A stretch of DNA of 64,000 nucleotides, from NCBI RefSeq assembly GCF_020745735.1, contig NC_083426.1, forward strand, positions 55,845,660 to 55,909,659, in the 5' to 3' direction. The notes beneath the pieces were generated by a model that did not search any database, was not told the origin of the DNA, and saw nothing but the letters and a program-made list of their open reading frames with translations. Below, one piece after another: positions 59,615-64,000 of this stretch (within the stretch, counting starts at the first letter, position 1; each line of letters opens with the position of its first letter). A program made the position numbers and the translations under genes. This stretch comes from Hemiscyllium ocellatum (Eukaryota).

Positions 59615-60479
59615 TCATAGCTTTCGAATAAGGCAGAGCAGTTTTAAAACAGGAATAAGGAGGATCTACTTCTCTCAAAGGGTTGTGAACCTTTGTAACT
59701 CACTTCTCCAGAGTGCATTGGATGCTGGGGTATTGAGGAAATGAAGGGTTATGAAGAGCAGGCAGGAAAGTGGGACTGAGCCAAGGTGACATCAGTCATG
59801 GTCATATTCAATTATAGAGTCGGCTGGAGGGGCTGCATTGCACACTGATGTTCTTCATTCCCATTCAGCCCTTAGAATGTGATCCACAGGACGGGGGATG
59901 GCTGGGTATCACACAGGAAGCAGACAGTCAGGAGAAATCAATCGTGATCATTATGACTGAATGTAATCTGTGGAGTCACACAGTTACTAGTGCTGGGTCA
60001 ACAAACAATTGCAATCTACTTTAATGACTTGGAGATTTCGAGCAGATGTATTCTAACTGTGTTTGGAAAAGACACAAATTCAGCAGAAAATTAAATTATC
60101 AAGAGATGTTGGAGAATCTGCAAATGGATATGGACAGAACAAAGTCCTTGGATAATGTTTAGCTGGTGGAATACATCATGTGAGAAAAGCTGTCATTTTT
60201 TTTCAGGAAGCATGGAATGCAGTGTGTTACTGAAGTGGAGAGAGATTATAGGACTTAATGACACACTGTGTACTGGAGGGTTCTCTCTGATCGATTCAGG
60301 CATTGGAAATGTTGCTCCATCTCCCTGATGTTATGCTGCATGATGTTCCCAGTGGCTCCATTGCAGTCAGTACGCACAGGATATTTTGATGTGGTCAGTT
60401 CACAATGGAGCATATTGATGGGGAGGGTATTTTAAGCCACGTATCAAGGGGGTGGACTTTACTGAGAGATCATCCTTAC

Positions 60480-61075
60480 TCTCTATGTGTAGACACAACG
60501 ACTTGGGAATGGCTGACTGCTCCTGAATGAAGAGGCTATAGCTGCTGCCATGACAGGGGTGTTCACCAACATAATGTACTGTGCATGGTCACACTGTAAC
60601 ATTAATGAAGAGAGAGGTCCTTCAGTTCCTCTACCTTTCCCCATTGACAGGGGTCCTATGTACACCATCGGGAATCCTACTATACTGGGAAATTAAGGAT
60701 ACATCCGGCAGCTCCCTGCAGATGTAGAAAACGTATTATCTCATCCACCTAATATCCTTTCTCATTCTCTGGAGACATTGTTGTCGACATACTGGGAGAT
60801 GATGGCTATGTTGCCCACTCCTGCCTGGAATGTTCTGGATCATAGAAGCTGAATGCTACTGTGATCCAAACAGCCACTGGCAGCACCGTCCTCCCCATGG
60901 TATGAAGCTGCAGGACCTTTTGAAGGAGGTGACACTGCTCAGAGACCAGCTCCTTGTTCAATCAGGGTCCCCTCACACTCTGCACCTGGTTTTATCTCAC
61001 TTGGAAGGTGTTCTTGGAAAACCTGGGGCGGATATGGCAGATCCCTTTCCCCACACACACACTACTCAGAAGTGG
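60480..61075 (-). mobile_element. Decayed LINE fragment (same family as 54860-55330 and ~56040-56150)
   Basis: Shared ggctgactgct(t/c)ctgaatgaagaggct motif; HTLHLVL/DLVL-type remnants. Confidence 0.5.
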
Positions 61076-61079
61076 TTGT

Positions 61080-62240
61080 TGTCCATGTAGACTTCAGTAA
61101 GGTGTTCAACATGTACCCATACGGTAAGTTGGTTAACAAGGTGAGATGACATGGAATACAGGGATAGGCAGCTATTTGGGTACAAAATTATCTCAAGGGT
61201 AGAAGACAGAGTGGTTGTGGTGTAGGCCTGTGGTTTGGAGGCCTGGGACCAGTGGTGTGCCTCAAGGGTCGGTGTAGGGTCCACTGCTTTTCGTCATTTA
61301 TACAAATGACTTGGATTTGAACAAAGTTTGCAGGTGACAACAAAATGGGAGATGTAGTGGAAAGCGAAGAAGGTTCCCTCAAAGTAAAGTACCTCAGATC
61401 TTCATCAAATGGACCAATGGGCCAAGGAGTGGTGGATGCATTTTAATTGAGATAAATGTGAGGTGCTGCATTTTGGAAAGGCAAATCAAGGCAGGACATA
61501 TGCACTTAATGGTCAGGTCTTCGAGAGTGTTGCTGATCAAACAGCCCTTGGAGTGCAGGTTCATCGTTTCTTGAATGTGGAGTCGCAGGCAGGTAGGATT
61601 GTGAAGAAGGCATTTAGTTAGCTTTCCTTCAAAGTCAACACACTGAGTTGATGGAGTTGGGAGGTCATGTTGTGGCTATAAACAGCATTGGTTAGGCAAC
61701 ATTGGAATACTGTGTGCAGTTCTGATCTCCCTCCCACAGGAAGGATGTTGTGTAACTTGTATGGGTTCAGAAAACATTTATAAGGATGGTGTCTGCGTTG
61801 GAGAGTTTGTAACAGACTGAATAGGCTGGGGCTGTTTTTTCTCCTGGATCATTTGAGGTTGAGGGGTAAAAGTTTAGTCTTTTATGAAATGATGAGGGGC
61901 ATGGATGAATTAAATGATCATGGTCTTTTCCCTGGGCTGGGGGAGTCGAGAATTAGAGGAAATAGGTTTAAGCTGATGGTGGAAAGATAGAAAAGGGACG
62001 TAAGGGCCAACGTTTTCATGCTGAGGGAACTGCACCGATGGAATGAACTGTCAGAGGACATGATGGAGGTGGATACAATATTACATTTAAAAAGCATCTG
62101 GATGGGGATGTGAATAGGAAGAGCTTACAGGGACATGGGTCAAATGCTGGAAAATGGGACGAGATTAATGCAGAATATATGGCCAACTTAGAAGAGTTGG
62201 ACCAAACGTCTGTTTCCACGCTGTACAATGCATTGAAGAG
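61080..62240 (+). mobile_element. Decayed CR1 RT and 3' region
   Basis: gacttcagtaaggtgttcaac (DFSKVF), PQGSV, KFAGD remnants and 3' UTR. Confidence 0.8.
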
Positions 62241-62699
62241 AGAAAGACACAAGTAATTCACTGAGAACATGCTGTCAACACATGGGGCAAAGGACAGGAA
62301 GTGGAACTAACTGGAGTAATTAGACTTTGGAGAGGCCAACTCACAAGAATGAGAGCATTCAAGAAAGGCAGTGTCAGATCAGCTGTAATGGTTTGTTATG
62401 CTCTGAATCAACCCGACAGAACCAGCCAGAGAGTATAAACTGAGACAAGATGACAGCTCGGCATGGAGCGCTGTGCAGACTATTTTGTTTCACTGCGAGA
62501 TAGACTGAATGGTTTGCCCAGCATGGGGACCATTGAAAACCTCTGCCGGTGTATTAGGGCTATACTTGCATGAAGTAACTGGTTAGCTTGGGAAATTTGC
62601 AGCCCATGCTGTGAGTAACAGTAAATGGAGCTCCCACAGAGTTATCACTCTGTACATCCATTGTGCAAATATGAGGCAAGGGATGTGGGCATTTAGATC

Positions 62700-62900
62700 T
62701 GTGAGTGTGTGTGTCTGTGTGTTTGTCCGTGCATGTCACTGCGTGCGTCTGTGTCTGTCTGTCTGTTTCTGTCACTGTGTGCCTGTGTGTGTCTGTGTCT
62801 CTCTGTGTGTCTGTCTGCGTATGTCACTGCGTGTGTCTGTGCGTGTGTATATCTGTGTCTCTGCCTATCTGTGTGTGCCACTGCCTGTGTCTGTCTGTTT
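62700..62900 (+). repeat. Compound (GT/CT) microsatellite-like tract
   Basis: gtgtgtctgtgtgt... low-complexity run. Confidence 0.9.
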
Positions 62901-63344
62901 GAATAGGGGAGATACAGGGGTTGGAGGTTATACACGTGTGAATCATTGTTAGTGTGAGAACATGCATTGTTGAAAACCAGGTTCGGTATGAACAACTGGA
63001 GTCTGGAGTCAAGGTGGCACTGCAACGGATCCGTTTTTGTGAGTGGTCTACAGTTGACCTCATGCTCATATTTCATAGAACCTTTACACAAATTTAAAGT
63101 TAAATTCTAAGTCTGTAAAAATGAATAATGATGTTCATTTAAATCTAATTACAGGTCCAAGGATCCTATGGACATCTGCAGCACAGAACTATCGATACTG
63201 AATATCAACTTTCTGCATGATCCAGAAGAACAGCCATAACAAAGGCTTGAACACTGATCCTGCAGAAACCTGACTCTGTGATAACATCGTAAAGGACAGC
63301 AATGACTTTGACAGTGACGGTAATAACACATGGAATAACAGAGA

Positions 63345-63575
63345 GACAACCCTGAGAAGGCCCAGACCCGCAGAGACACAACCCTGAGCTCAGACCCAAA
63401 GAAGCACAACCCTGAGAAGGTCCAGATCCACAGAGACACAACGCTGAGATGGCTGTGACCTACAGAGACATAACCCTGAGCAGGCCCAGACCCAATTAGA
63501 CACAGCCCTGAGAAGGCCCAGACAATACAGAGAATGTCCAGACCCACAGAGACCCAACCCTGAGAACTCAGATCC
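63345..63575 (+). repeat. ~32-bp minisatellite (~7 copies)
   Basis: ccctgagaaggcccagacccgcagagacacaa and variants. Confidence 0.85.
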
Positions 63576-63577
63576 TG

Positions 63578-64000
63578 TGTGGACCAACTGGTGGAGATAT
63601 TCAACACCATCTTCAACCACTCCCTCCTACAGGTGAAGTCCCCACCTGCCCCAAGACGACCACCATCATCCCAGTACCTGAGAATGCACATGCAATGTGC
63701 CTGAAGGATTACCACCCAGTGGCTCTGACCTCAAAAATCATCAAGTGCTTCGAGAGGCTGATCATGGCCCACATCAATTCCAGTCTGCCAGCCTGGCACG
63801 ACCCTCCACAATTTGCCTCCCGACATAACACGCCTGCAGTGGATGTCATATCCTTATCCCTGCACTCATCCCTGGAACATCTAGACAACAAGGACACCTA
63901 CATCGGACTCCTGCTCATTGACTACAGCTCCACCTTCAGTACCATTGTCCCCTCCAGACTGATACCAAAACTCCGTGACCTTGGTCCCTGCTCTGCCCTC
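63578..64000 (+). mobile_element. Rex1/Babar-like LINE RT fragment (runs off the window)
   Basis: DQLVEIFNTIFNHSL...IIPVP...CLKDYHPVALTSKIIKCFERL...LLIDYSSTFSTIVPSRLIPKL. Confidence 0.8.

Larger units (their letters stand above)
57850..59900 (+). mobile_element. Old CR1 RT fragment interrupted by two SINEs
   Basis: Degenerate LTN/YLDF, KFADD-like and 3' motifs. Confidence 0.6.

Noticed and set aside
62611-63091. Cys/Val-rich and Thr/His-rich ORFs
   Set aside because: Translations of a GT/CT microsatellite
63154-63320. Exon-like segment bounded by ttacAG and GTAATA
   Set aside because: Stops in all three frames and no recognisable protein similarity

Overview
Repeat-rich (well over half transposon-derived) genomic DNA from a cartilaginous fish. 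The HE1-type SINEs, CR1 families and Ig sequence point to a shark, probably an orectolobiform; this is inference. The main host locus is a cluster-type immunoglobulin mu heavy-chain pseudogene on the minus strand (about 3.1-14.3 kb). It has a promoter, leader exon, and a VH exon already fused in the genome to D-like sequence, with no V RSS and a degenerate 12-RSS left behind. About 400 bp on is an unjoined JH with a 23-RSS, then Cmu1, Cmu2 and Cmu3 exons; Cmu4/TM are not seen and would lie left of base 1. VH has two frameshifts, and Cmu1 and Cmu2 each carry two stops. A GPR139-like 7TM pseudogene lies at 52.2-53.5 kb (minus). Mobile DNA includes many CR1 LINEs (one near-intact) and an ORF1-only half-L1 with target-site duplication (TSD). 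A decayed class-I-like endogenous retrovirus has a Tx1 element inserted in its LTR. There are also Gypsy (probably Gmr1-order), Penelope, RTE and Rex1/Babar fragments, HE1/V-SINEs, and a 5S rRNA fragment abutting a SINE. At least three families of short Penelope-derived elements carry minimal hammerhead ribozyme motifs, several as TSD-flanked inverted repeats. All calls are from reading the sequence by eye and from recalled family consensus; no searches were run, and repeat boundaries are approximate.
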